64,000 nucleotides of DNA, taken from NCBI GenBank assembly GCA_965215515.1, contig OZ244057.1, forward strand, positions 448,001 through 512,000, given 5' to 3'. The stretch comes from Oligoflexales bacterium. Its GTDB lineage: Bacteria; Bdellovibrionota_B; Oligoflexia; Oligoflexales; JAPPIL01. Below the pieces are notes generated by a model. The model saw only the letters and a program-made list of their open reading frames with translations, had not been told where the DNA came from and ran no database searches. Shown here piece after piece: positions 28,263-38,041 of this stretch; the first letter of the stretch is position 1; the number at the start of each line of letters is the position of its first letter. The translations under genes and the position numbers were made by a program.

Positions 28263-29079
28263 GCTCAAGCACGTCTTGCGCACGACATCCCGCACGTTGG
28301 CCTTCGTGCCCACGATGGGGGCATTGCATGACGGACATTTAAGCCTCGTCACCTTGGCGGCGAAGAACGCCACGCACACCCTCGTCAGCATCTTCATCAA
28401 TCCCCGCCAGTTCGCCCCCCACGAAGACCTCGCACTCTACCCTCGTCCGCTTAGCGAGGATTTGGAAAAACTAAAAAAATGCGGAGTTGATTTTGTTTTT
28501 ACCCCATCTGCACAGGATATCTATCCGCACAATTTCCAAACTGCCATCATCAACGACACGCTGTCCCACGACCTCTGTGGCAAAACTCGGCCGCAACATT
28601 TCAGCGGCGTGCTGACCGTAATGCTCAGACTGCTGCTCCTCATCAACCCTCAGGTGCTAGTGCTAGGGAAGAAAGACTACCAACAACTCGTCATCATCAC
28701 GCGTCTCGTCGCTGACTTACAGCTACCCACCACCGTGCTCGCGGGAGAAACACAGCGAGATGCCACGGGTCTTGCTCTGAGCAGCCGCCTTGCCTACCTC
28801 AGCGAGACGGAGCGGCAGGCAGCCCGTGCCCTCTACCCTGCACTGTGTGCAGCTCGACAGGCCTACAGCAGCGGTGAACGCCGCAGTGCGACACTCGTGC
28901 ACAGCTGCGCCGCGTCCTTACACAAAACCCCCGCGCTACAGATCGAATACCTTGAACTGCGCGAGGGCGATGACCTCTCCCCCATCACGGCCGCGGACGT
29001 GCCACCCACCGCGGTGTTGCTGGTGGCAGCACATGTCGGCCACACACGACTGATAGATAACATCGCACTGTGCTCGTAA
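28237..29079 (+). CDS. panC: Pantoate--beta-alanine ligase
   Basis: PTMGALHDGH, KKDYQQ, GLALSSR, RLIDN. Confidence 0.97.
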   Translation: MQIIISSAELKHVLRTTSRTLAFVPTMGALHDGHLSLVTLAAKNATHTLVSIFINPRQFAPHEDLALYPRPLSEDLEKLKKCGVDFVFTPSAQDIYPHNFQTAIINDTLSHDLCGKTRPQHFSGVLTVMLRLLLLINPQVLVLGKKDYQQLVIITRLVADLQLPTTVLAGETQRDATGLALSSRLAYLSETERQAARALYPALCAARQAYSSGERRSATLVHSCAASLHKTPALQIEYLELREGDDLSPITAADVPPTAVLLVAAHVGHTRLIDNIALCS

Positions 29080-29309
29080 TAAAAACATGAAATTGCCACT
29101 ACCAGATAAAAGAGCATAATCTCAGCTGGTTATATCAACTTTCAGCTGTTATCGGACACGATTTATCTGGTAATTTAGCTGGCGGTATTATTAAAAATAA
29201 AAAATATGGAAAAAAGTAAGAGATATCTTGATAAATTAAATATATGTGCTACGCTCGGCGGTTGCACGGTGGAGGACATTTTGGCCCTGACGCGGGTGAG
29301 GAGGTGGTT

Positions 29310-32300
29310 ATGACGAGTAAGCTCGGCGGTGTTTTTTTGAGAAACATCATGGTTTCGTTGGTCGTGGCAACCGTCGCGGTGCCGCTACAGTTGGTAGCCG
29401 CGACAGGGGCGGCACGAGGCGAGGGTGACGATCCCGCGTTCAGGAGCGGGGTGTCGTCGGCGTTGCGGGAGCAGATGGCTGTGCTACGCCGTGATCCGCT
29501 GTTGAAGGATGCGGTCGCGGGCATCGAAGGTGTCATCAGCGAGTTGGAGCAGGCCGCGGGGGACACCTACCCAGAGGATATTCCCGACCCTTTTCATCTT
29601 ACGGCACAGTATTTGCTGGAGATGCGCAAGGATGGCAACACTGGCGATCGCTACCATCTCGCGGGGACAGAGGGTGGCTTGCCGCGCATCGTTCCTCAGC
29701 CAGACCTGGTGCAGGCGGTGATCTATGACGGCAAGTTGTCCTTTCGTTACAAACACGCGCTGCATGTCATCGAGAGCATCGCACCAGAGGTGATGGCTTA
29801 CGACAATGAACTGCTGGTATTGGTTGATAAGAGCGGCGATGTTTACGCGGCTGACTTGGTGTTTGTGCGCCGTGAGCTGTTTAAAGCTCCTGTGCCTGTA
29901 TATAAAGTGGCGTTCGCTCCGCAGAACGCGCGTGGTTTGCAGCTGAGCTTCGTTACCCGCGGCTTTAGCCCCTTTGCTCACGAGCAAGGCGAGGATGGTG
30001 AGTTATTGCCCGTTGCGCCGACGCGTCGCTTCACTGCAGGCGATCTTGTCTTGTGGCGCAACGTCGATGGGGAAGACGGGCGACGGGTGTTGCTGGACGT
30101 GCTCCCGCGCGATGTTATCGTCGATACTGTTAACGACGGCAATCACTTGCTCGGCAGTCTCGCCTTCGCTCTCAGAGCGGACAACCCCGCCGCAATCTCG
30201 ACAGCACTCAACACCGAGAAGCAACAGGAAGGTCGCAAGCTACCTACAGGGGAGGTGGAACGTTACCGCGACGGGGCATCGCAGCAGGCGAAGCAAGTGT
30301 TGCAGAGCATGAACCCCCGCCGTTTACAGGCTATGATCGCTAACGATGTGCGTCGCAACAGTTATCGTGATGAGTTTACTTACGCTACCTGGCAGCGCGA
30401 TTATCTCATCATTAGAGATCAGGCTAGGACACTGAGCAAGAGGCTCGAGGGGAAGTTCATCAAGGACGCGGTCAGCAAAGAAAAACTCGCCACCCTGAAA
30501 CGACAGCTGCGTGAAGGTGATTTCGCTTCGTCATGGATTATGTTGAGCAAGCTGTATGTGAAGGAAAGCGAAGATCTGGTTATCGATCGTATCAACAGCT
30601 TGAAAACATTACACACTCCTGCCGCCAATGCACAAATCGCTGTATTGGAAGATGTCCTGAAAACAAAAGATTATCAGCGTCTGTGGGACGAACCTGAGTT
30701 GTTCACCGATACCACTGCCGATGGGCAAGTCCTCTCGCCGCTGCGCAAGAAAATCAGCCGCGCCTCCTACAAATATTTCAGCGCTGACGATCTGCGCAGC
30801 CATGCCTCGACGATTCTAGGGTTGGGAACTCTCGGGGCGGCTGGTATCGGGGCGGCGTGGGCACTGAAGGCAGGCTTCAGCCTGTCACGTTTTTGGCCTC
30901 CCAACCCCTTCAGGGCCGCGGATCTACCACCCCGCCATGAATTAGGCAACTCGCTGGACAACTATCCCTATCGCAAAATCAGGAAAGGCTACAGGCGTTA
31001 CGTGACCCGTGGCACGCTCACGGGTTTCGCCCTGATTCCTCTGGTGGCAATGATCGCCCACGTTGCCGCGCGTAGCAGTGGGCATGATTGGGATTTTCGC
31101 CGCCAACTGATGCTGATCGGGATGCGCACCTATGCCGCGGTGGCTCTCCCTCTTTGGCATTATCTCGCTAAAGCGTTGGGACAGACGACTCTGTTGCCCG
31201 CGCTGGCGACGGGTATCCCGCCGTATGCTGCTGTGAACGGCAACTCCGCGGTGGGCAGGAGTATCGGTCTTCCTCCTTCCGAGACAATTCTTGTTGGCTT
31301 GCAGACACCGCACATCCACGGCAAGGAGGCGGAAGCCATACGTCGGAAAGCGATCGCGGCCTTGCAGCAGCAGCGTGCCCGAGCTCAGGGGCTCGCTTGG
31401 GAGATGGCGGCACGCATCGTCTTGCGTGACTATTTGCAGCGACGCGGCAGTGACGCGAGGTTCGACCAAGACGCGTTCGTCGCCCACATCGACCGCAGCA
31501 GTTTCAAAGAGCAATGGAAAAAACTGGCACGCGGGCTGGAGAAAGAGGTCTACCGACTGCACACAGACGGTATCTTCCCCGACTTGCGTGCGGTGAACTA
31601 CGGGTATGTCTATGATTTTTTGCACAAGACCAAGCGACAGCTGCTGGAGACTTCCTACTACGACGGAATTGCTCACCAGGCTGGACATTGGTTTAACAGC
31701 GCAGCAGAGGCAAGCGGTAAGTTTTTCGCGACCTTTTCGACCGATAATGTCAATTTCCTCCAGCTCGCCGATCCCGATCGCTTCATCGCCTCGATAAACT
31801 GGAAATCGTTCATGATTGATTTTTTTACCGTCGTCGTTTGGGAAGCTACGTACGGCGGCAGGTCACACGTTTTCCACCGTCAAGTGTTGGACAGCGATCA
31901 TGGAGGGATCGGCAACCTGGCCGCCACCAATCGCTTCCCTTACTGGAGTCTTGAACATAGCAGCGAAGCACTCGGGCAGATCTGGGCACATCAGATTGCG
32001 AGACAAGGTCGATATGCCTTGGTTTTCCAAATGCTGCAAAAGATAGAAGAAAAAAACTATCGCCCCTTGGCGGAACTGCTGGTCGAGGGGCAGGAGAACG
32101 TGCAGGGTTTTTGGGCTGGTCTGGGGGACTTCGGCAAGAACAGTCTGGACTTGAGAAATGTCGACTACGGCAGCAAATACGTGAAAGGCCTATTCGTCGG
32201 CTTCACCATGATCCAGGTGAGCCTGTTTTGGACCCTCGTTGGACGTTCCTTCATTGCCAAAGTGCCTTTTGGCCAAATAGGGCCGCAGTACCTGTATAGT

Positions 32301-33029
32301 TTCTTTTGGGCAATGTGGGGCTTTGGCTGGCCTTGGATCGCTTTATATTCCGTGGAGCAGTTGCGAGATACGAAACTAGGTATCCGCAACGATCTGTTCA
32401 CCCGCGGCAAGGTGCAGCTCAAGCAGGCGCTGACATTTTCCGATGCGGAGGGGCTTAGGGGGGCTTACCGCGATGTTGTCAGCGTCTACCGTGACCTCGC
32501 GGCAGCACCGCCTGCCCCCCTGCTCAGGGAGGTGCGTGCCGTCGAGAAAGATCTGCAGGTGGGCGACGCGGAGCAACTCCCCGCGGAAGCGTTGTACCCC
32601 TACCTGGGGCTGCTAGTGCGCATGCAAAACGCCGCCTCTACGGCTACCAAGCGGGACATTTATCGTCAGATCGTGACTTATATCGAAGACCCGCAGCAGA
32701 AATATGTGGTAAGTACAGCGGATGCCGAGCAACTGCTGCAGTTCTTGATGGCTACACCGCCGTTTCCTACCCACCTGAATCAGGAGGTAGGATTTCTCGC
32801 GATCGCGGCGGTGGCGATAGTGACCACCGTGTGGGGATCGACGTTTATGCGTAAAACCTATGGCAGAAATGTCAGCAACTGGCGCGGCGTGGTCCCCTGG
32901 GTGGGAGGCGGTATCGCCATGTATGCTCTCATCTGGTCATTGACCAGCAAAGGCAACGTGCGCAAGGTGGTCGATTTCGTGCGGGAAGATGTTCTCGGCT
33001 ACCCAGAGTCGCGGGCGGAAGAGTACTGA
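29310..33029 (+). CDS. Very large hypothetical exported/membrane protein (~1240 aa)
   Basis: GAGG RBS, signal peptide, several hydrophobic segments in the C-terminal half. Confidence 0.75.
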   Translation: MTSKLGGVFLRNIMVSLVVATVAVPLQLVAATGAARGEGDDPAFRSGVSSALREQMAVLRRDPLLKDAVAGIEGVISELEQAAGDTYPEDIPDPFHLTAQYLLEMRKDGNTGDRYHLAGTEGGLPRIVPQPDLVQAVIYDGKLSFRYKHALHVIESIAPEVMAYDNELLVLVDKSGDVYAADLVFVRRELFKAPVPVYKVAFAPQNARGLQLSFVTRGFSPFAHEQGEDGELLPVAPTRRFTAGDLVLWRNVDGEDGRRVLLDVLPRDVIVDTVNDGNHLLGSLAFALRADNPAAISTALNTEKQQEGRKLPTGEVERYRDGASQQAKQVLQSMNPRRLQAMIANDVRRNSYRDEFTYATWQRDYLIIRDQARTLSKRLEGKFIKDAVSKEKLATLKRQLREGDFASSWIMLSKLYVKESEDLVIDRINSLKTLHTPAANAQIAVLEDVLKTKDYQRLWDEPELFTDTTADGQVLSPLRKKISRASYKYFSADDLRSHASTILGLGTLGAAGIGAAWALKAGFSLSRFWPPNPFRAADLPPRHELGNSLDNYPYRKIRKGYRRYVTRGTLTGFALIPLVAMIAHVAARSSGHDWDFRRQLMLIGMRTYAAVALPLWHYLAKALGQTTLLPALATGIPPYAAVNGNSAVGRSIGLPPSETILVGLQTPHIHGKEAEAIRRKAIAALQQQRARAQGLAWEMAARIVLRDYLQRRGSDARFDQDAFVAHIDRSSFKEQWKKLARGLEKEVYRLHTDGIFPDLRAVNYGYVYDFLHKTKRQLLETSYYDGIAHQAGHWFNSAAEASGKFFATFSTDNVNFLQLADPDRFIASINWKSFMIDFFTVVVWEATYGGRSHVFHRQVLDSDHGGIGNLAATNRFPYWSLEHSSEALGQIWAHQIARQGRYALVFQMLQKIEEKNYRPLAELLVEGQENVQGFWAGLGDFGKNSLDLRNVDYGSKYVKGLFVGFTMIQVSLFWTLVGRSFIAKVPFGQIGPQYLYSFFWAMWGFGWPWIALYSVEQLRDTKLGIRNDLFTRGKVQLKQALTFSDAEGLRGAYRDVVSVYRDLAAAPPAPLLREVRAVEKDLQVGDAEQLPAEALYPYLGLLVRMQNAASTATKRDIYRQIVTYIEDPQQKYVVSTADAEQLLQFLMATPPFPTHLNQEVGFLAIAAVAIVTTVWGSTFMRKTYGRNVSNWRGVVPWVGGGIAMYALIWSLTSKGNVRKVVDFVREDVLGYPESRAEEY

Positions 33030-33072
33030 GATGTTTTTATCATCCGATAGCTGTTAGATTTTGACGGGAATT

Positions 33073-33921
33073 TCAGGACGCACGTGCCAACAGGTCGGCA
33101 AAAAAGCGCGGGAGATGAAAGGAACTGGTCATCAGTTCCGCGGTCAGGTAACGCAGACGAGGGGAGACAGTCTGAAAACGTTCCCGCACAAAGTTCGCGG
33201 GTGCGAGCGTTGCGTGGGAAGCGAGTGTCCACGACCACAGAGCACGCGGGTAGGTAGGCACTGTGGCAAGATAAGGGTGCACGTGCACAAAAGCTGTCTT
33301 GAGACTGTGGTTGATGCGCTGCAACAACTCAGGCCTTGCCCAAGGCGATTCTGTCTGTGCCACCATGAGTCCGTCGGGGCGTAAGGCACGTGCTGCCGTG
33401 CGGTAGAATTCTGGGGTAAACAGACAGAGACCAGGCCCCACTGGGTCGGTGGAATCGACGATAACAACATCATAGCTGGCAGGTGCACAGCGCGCGAGAA
33501 ACTGCAACCCGTCGGCAATTTCTATTTTCACCCTCTCATCCTGTAGACCCTCCGTCAGCGCGGGAAAGTGCTGTTGGCAGACTTCGAGCACCGCGCCGTC
33601 TATTTCGCACAAGGTCACGGTGTTTATTTCTGGGTAACGCACCACTTCTCGCACTACACCGCCGTCACCGCCACCGATGACCAGCACGTCCCGCGGGGAT
33701 GGGTGATTGCAGAGCGGCACATGTGCTATCATCTCTCGGTAGACAAACTCGTCCCTCTCGGTGATCATGACGATGTCATCGAGCAGCAAAATTTTCCCAT
33801 AGGCAAGCGAAGTGACCACCTTGATGTCTTGAAAGCTGGACTTCACATGCGCCAGCTTAGCGCCGAGCGCATAACCATAGCGCAACTGCCCGTCTTCTTC
33901 CTCGTAAAGCCAGTCGCTCAC
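33073..33921 (-). CDS. speE: Spermidine synthase
   Basis: LVIGGGDGG, EID, DSTDPVGP, VPTYP. Confidence 0.95.
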   Translation of the reverse strand: MSDWLYEEEDGQLRYGYALGAKLAHVKSSFQDIKVVTSLAYGKILLLDDIVMITERDEFVYREMIAHVPLCNHPSPRDVLVIGGGDGGVVREVVRYPEINTVTLCEIDGAVLEVCQQHFPALTEGLQDERVKIEIADGLQFLARCAPASYDVVIVDSTDPVGPGLCLFTPEFYRTAARALRPDGLMVAQTESPWARPELLQRINHSLKTAFVHVHPYLATVPTYPRALWSWTLASHATLAPANFVRERFQTVSPRLRYLTAELMTSSFHLPRFFADLLARAS

Positions 33922-34451
33922 TTGTTGCCCTTCTCCTGATTGCGCACGTATTCCAGAAATGCGGCACGGTCTTCCAGCAGTGCTGTGCCCTTCTCGGCAC
34001 GGTTGCCCCTGTTGAACCCACGCCTGCCTTTTTGCTCACGGAAGCGATTCTTCTGGTTAAAATTCTGCGCACGGCCGCCACGCATCGTCGACTTACGCTC
34101 CATAATTTCCCACGCCCGCAATACCAGCCCCTCGGCAACCAACTCGCAGAGCAACTCCTCAGGCGAAACCCCCTCGTCCGCGGCTTTCTGCTGTACCTTG
34201 CGCGCCAGCGCCTTCGACATCGGCAACTTGAAGACATGTGTGGAACTACCCCCCGCCACACCTCGCTCCGCTTCGCTTCGCCAGGCTTTTTTGCCGCTTT
34301 CTTGCTCCGCTTCGCTTCGCCAGGCTTTTTTGCCGCTTTCTTGCTCCTTGCCGCTTTCTCGCTCCGCTTCGCTTCGCCAGGCTTTTTTGCCGCTTTCTTG
34401 CTCCTTGCCGCTTTCTCGCTCCGCTCCAATTTCAGTAACTGGCTTTACCAT
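33918..34451 (-). CDS. Hypothetical protein: repeat-derived N-terminus plus RHH/HicB-C-like domain
   Basis: FKLPMSKALARKVQQKAADEGVSPEEL; stop overlaps speE start (GTGA). Confidence 0.6.
   Translation of the reverse strand: MVKPVTEIGAERESGKEQESGKKAWRSEAERESGKEQESGKKAWRSEAEQESGKKAWRSEAERGVAGGSSTHVFKLPMSKALARKVQQKAADEGVSPEELLCELVAEGLVLRAWEIMERKSTMRGGRAQNFNQKNRFREQKGRRGFNRGNRAEKGTALLEDRAAFLEYVRNQEKGNK
34262..34427 (-). repeat. In-frame tandem array of 39-bp and 18-bp units
   Basis: 39-bp units at 34262-34300, 34301-34339 and 34358-34396; 18-bp units at 34340-34357 and 34397-34414. Confidence 0.95.
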
Positions 34452-34612
34452 CGCGTCTTTTCCCTCTGTAAGTGCGGTGAATGTGAAAACTATCCCAAAA
34501 TCCAGCTGAGCAGGCAGCGGAAATTCTCTAAAAGGCCTAGTCAGGGGCGAAGCAGCCCTTTACTCCAATATAACCCCGATCACGCGCGAACGAAAGAACT
34601 CACGGCAGATTT

Positions 34613-36247
34613 TCAACCAAAAACACCCAGCTCTTCGACCGTCCCCGTCCTTTGCCAAGAAGAAGGGTGGGCGATCATAAAGGAAATGAGACGCGGACGC
34701 AAATGATTTTCGAAAATACTGGCCTGCATGTGCTTTTTTACCTCCATGATGGACTGCCGTGTTTCTGGCGATAGCGAGGCAAAATAACTCCGTTCCAGCT
34801 GGTTATACTCGGCTCGTGAGCGGTTTACAATCTTGTGTAGTTCGAGGGCGGCGATTTTGCGCAAGTGTTCTCCCTCTGTCGGCTCTGCTTTGGGTCGTAG
34901 TGTTGCCGTGGCCGCGGCGGGTCGTGAGGATGGAGGTGTAGCTGTCGCCGTCGTGCTGGGCACCGTGGCGGTAGCACTGCTGACCAAGCAAGCTTGCGGG
35001 GTGCTGCGCAATTCCTGTGCAAAGCTGGGGTTTTCCTTGATCCAGGCGCGGAAATTGGCAAAACGTGTGTGCAGTGGCACAGAGGTTTCCGCCTCCAAAG
35101 CAGTGCTGACCGTACTGGGCACAAGCGCGCTCGGCAACGGCAACGTGGGTAACATACGCCGCAACGACCACTCGAAGAACAGTGCCACATCGAGCAGCGG
35201 ACAACCGTCCGTGAACATCGTCACCACACCCACGTCTTCCTGTGCATCCAGACGGCTGAGCATTGCCGCAAAGCTGTGCAGCAACTTCTGATGCCGTTGG
35301 CGGCGATCGGGAACGAGCAAAGCTAACAGTGCTGCTAGTGTCTGGGGTAACTGCCGTGTGCAGAGGTTGGCACAGACAGCCTGCCGCCACGCGTGACAGT
35401 TCTGCCGCACGGTCGGAAAACGCGCCAACGTCCACAACAACTGCGCTTCTCGCCGCTGCTCGGCATCGAGAAAAACAGCCCGTGGGGCAGAATGCGGCAA
35501 CAGGCAACCGTGTTCGATAAGTTTCTTCCCCAGCGCTGTCAACAAACGAAACAACTCATTTTCACCGCTCGCCAGTCCCGCTCGACAGACGGATAAACTT
35601 TGACACAGGGTGTGCTCCAAATTCAGCCAGTTGCCTTGCTGTTGTGCCGCAGTCTCAAGACGCAAATAAAGCAGTTGCTCCGCGCCCTGCACATCGAGCC
35701 ACACCGATTTCCACAGGTGCAGGGGGGCGGTGGCACACAGGACGCGCAGCTGTAATCCCTGCCGTGCCCTGCGCACAAAATCCGCATACGGCTCGCAGTA
35801 TCCCAGCAATAGCTCACGCCCCCAGCTTGACAACCGTAGCTCGACACTAATCCCCTCCGCACGGTTATGCCAAGTCTCGTCCGCGAACAACGGCCAAGCC
35901 TGCGCCTTGCCCGCCTCCTGCTCCTGCAAGAGGCGAAAGGAACGCAGTTCGTGCAGCAACAGCTGTGCTTGGATGCGTTGGCGACGCGTAAGAAGCTGCA
36001 GCTCGTTATAAACGTGCGGCAAAAAGATGACGATGCCGTCTCGCGTGTCCCGCAACAACTGATGCTGCATGATAGCGACGATCTGGCTGCCCAACTTCAG
36101 TTGCAAAGGTCTCAAGTAAGGGAGAAACTTTACCGTGCTGACGTAAGTGTCGGGATCAGCCCCCGCAATATCCGACACGCTGGCACGGTCGAACATCTCT
36201 ACCCACCAATGAGGCAAGAAGAAAGAGGTGGTGGGGGGTAAACTCAC
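34613..36247 (-). CDS. Hypothetical protein
   Basis: 544-aa ORF co-oriented with neighbours; Thr/Ala/Pro linker. Confidence 0.6.
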   Translation of the reverse strand: MSLPPTTSFFLPHWWVEMFDRASVSDIAGADPDTYVSTVKFLPYLRPLQLKLGSQIVAIMQHQLLRDTRDGIVIFLPHVYNELQLLTRRQRIQAQLLLHELRSFRLLQEQEAGKAQAWPLFADETWHNRAEGISVELRLSSWGRELLLGYCEPYADFVRRARQGLQLRVLCATAPLHLWKSVWLDVQGAEQLLYLRLETAAQQQGNWLNLEHTLCQSLSVCRAGLASGENELFRLLTALGKKLIEHGCLLPHSAPRAVFLDAEQRREAQLLWTLARFPTVRQNCHAWRQAVCANLCTRQLPQTLAALLALLVPDRRQRHQKLLHSFAAMLSRLDAQEDVGVVTMFTDGCPLLDVALFFEWSLRRMLPTLPLPSALVPSTVSTALEAETSVPLHTRFANFRAWIKENPSFAQELRSTPQACLVSSATATVPSTTATATPPSSRPAAATATLRPKAEPTEGEHLRKIAALELHKIVNRSRAEYNQLERSYFASLSPETRQSIMEVKKHMQASIFENHLRPRLISFMIAHPSSWQRTGTVEELGVFG

Positions 36248-36253
36248 AGCACG

Positions 36254-36898
36254 CTACAGCAAATGATAGTTGACCCCGAGGCTAACACGCCAACCATGCC
36301 GCTGCAAATCCGCCACCCGCGCACTGTGTTTGCGCCGCAATCTATGACGCAGCGTGCTGAGTGCGACGGCGGCGACGAAAGCCGTGTGCAAGCTGAAGTA
36401 GTGTTCCACCGTCAGGACACCCGCATAGGTAGCGAGACTAAAATCAGGCAACAACCCCCCCGCGGCAGGCAGATTAGGCAGACGTTCGAGGAAAACCTCC
36501 ATCCCCAGCAACGCCTGCCAACGTGCATCGAGATACCACAGCATACCCGCCACCACCCCAGGCATCAGTAGGGCATAGAAATTGCGGCGCAGCGCGGGGA
36601 AAGCGTAGCGGAAACCGAGACGAGTGCCGAGATAGTAACCCAAATTTTTTGTCAGCTGTAGCTGAAAACGATAGACGAAGTGCGCCATCACGCTACGATC
36701 CCTGAATTCATCGCCCTCGCGCAGTCGCCACGCGTGACTACCAAAGGAGAAAAGCAGCGAAAACTGGTTGTCTTTTCGGAAACCGTAAATATATTTGGAC
36801 GCATCGTCCGCTGAAACTGCGGCTAACGAGCCAGTCCACATCAGCAAACAGAGGAACACTGCGATGATCGCCCCGCTGTTAGCAACTTTTTTCGCCAT
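36254..36898 (-). CDS. Putative small outer-membrane beta-barrel protein
   Basis: Signal peptide; terminal strand VSLGVNYHLL. Confidence 0.5.
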   Translation of the reverse strand: MAKKVANSGAIIAVFLCLLMWTGSLAAVSADDASKYIYGFRKDNQFSLLFSFGSHAWRLREGDEFRDRSVMAHFVYRFQLQLTKNLGYYLGTRLGFRYAFPALRRNFYALLMPGVVAGMLWYLDARWQALLGMEVFLERLPNLPAAGGLLPDFSLATYAGVLTVEHYFSLHTAFVAAVALSTLRHRLRRKHSARVADLQRHGWRVSLGVNYHLL

Positions 36899-37946
36899 CT
36901 TGCTTTTCTCCACCGTCGCCACCTTCGCACTTATCTCGGCTATCAACCGCGCTCCGCGCGAGCATAGCAGATCTACCACGGAAATTGCAGCACCTGTTGC
37001 CTCCACTCTACCCGCGTCACCTACCACCGCGGCATCACCTGCCAGGGCCTGGACTGCACGTCTGCACACAGGTCTGCAAAAAACCCGTGCCGCTCTGCTC
37101 AACAACATCGGCACGCTGCTCAAGGGACAAGTCAAACTCGATGCTGCACTGCTCGACGAGATGCACGCGACCCTTTACCGTGCCGACACAGGCAACAAGG
37201 TTGCTGAGCTGCTGGTCGATGCTTGTCGGCAACGGTTGCAAGACAAGGAAGCCTCTTTCGCTGAGGTGAAAAAAATTTTGCAAGCCGAAGCTGCCCGCCT
37301 GCTTTCCGTGCCTGTAGTAGAGCAGAACGAGGACAAGAAACGCGCCATCTTGATTGTGGGAGTCAACGGGGTAGGCAAGACCACGACAATCGGTAAACTT
37401 GCCCAGCACTATCTCGCTGAGCAACAGAAGGTTTTGTTGTGCGCGGCGGATACTTTCCGAGCCGCGGCCATCGAACAGTTGCAGATTTGGGCGACGCGTC
37501 TCGGCGTACCACTGGTCAAGCACCGACAAGGGGCAGATCCTGGAGCGGTAGTCTTCGATGCCATACAAGCCGCACGCCGTCGTGAGACAGATATTCTGCT
37601 CATCGACACTGCTGGACGCTTGCACAATAAGGACAATCTGATGGCGGAGTTGCAAAAAATAAAAAAAATCGCCAGCAAGAATTCCGACCTGTTTGCCTTA
37701 GAAACCTGGCTTGTGCTCGATGCTACTACGGGACAAAACGCCCTGCAGCAGGTAAACTCCTTCCTCGCCCTGGTGCAAATCTCTGGCATCATCGTCACTA
37801 AACTCGACGGCACGGCGAAGGGCGGCGTGCTGCTCGGTATTTGTGCACAACACAAAATTCCCGTGCGTTTCATCGGTATCGGCGAAAAAGCCACCGACCT
37901 TCGTCCTTGCAACGCAGAGGAAGTAGCCGCCTCGATGTTCAGTTAG
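36864..37946 (+). CDS. ftsY: SRP receptor FtsY
   Basis: GVNGVGKTTT, DTFRAAA, DTAGR, TKLDGTAKGG. Confidence 0.96.
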   Translation: MIAPLLATFFAILLFSTVATFALISAINRAPREHSRSTTEIAAPVASTLPASPTTAASPARAWTARLHTGLQKTRAALLNNIGTLLKGQVKLDAALLDEMHATLYRADTGNKVAELLVDACRQRLQDKEASFAEVKKILQAEAARLLSVPVVEQNEDKKRAILIVGVNGVGKTTTIGKLAQHYLAEQQKVLLCAADTFRAAAIEQLQIWATRLGVPLVKHRQGADPGAVVFDAIQAARRRETDILLIDTAGRLHNKDNLMAELQKIKKIASKNSDLFALETWLVLDATTGQNALQQVNSFLALVQISGIIVTKLDGTAKGGVLLGICAQHKIPVRFIGIGEKATDLRPCNAEEVAASMFS

Positions 37947-38041
37947 GGCAGTTTGCGCAACAGAAAACTTGTACGTGATTGTTAGAAACCGATGCAGAAG
38001 TTGACATTGAATACTGGCACACATTCTGCTAGCCTCGCGGC

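Noticed and set aside
34262..34427. Possible CRISPR array
   Set aside because: Units abut without unique spacers, lengths are multiples of 3 within an ORF, and no cas genes are present
33857..34706. Alternative-frame ORFs across the repeat
   Set aside because: Open because the repeat lacks stops; only 33918-34451 has a plausible domain and coupling to speE
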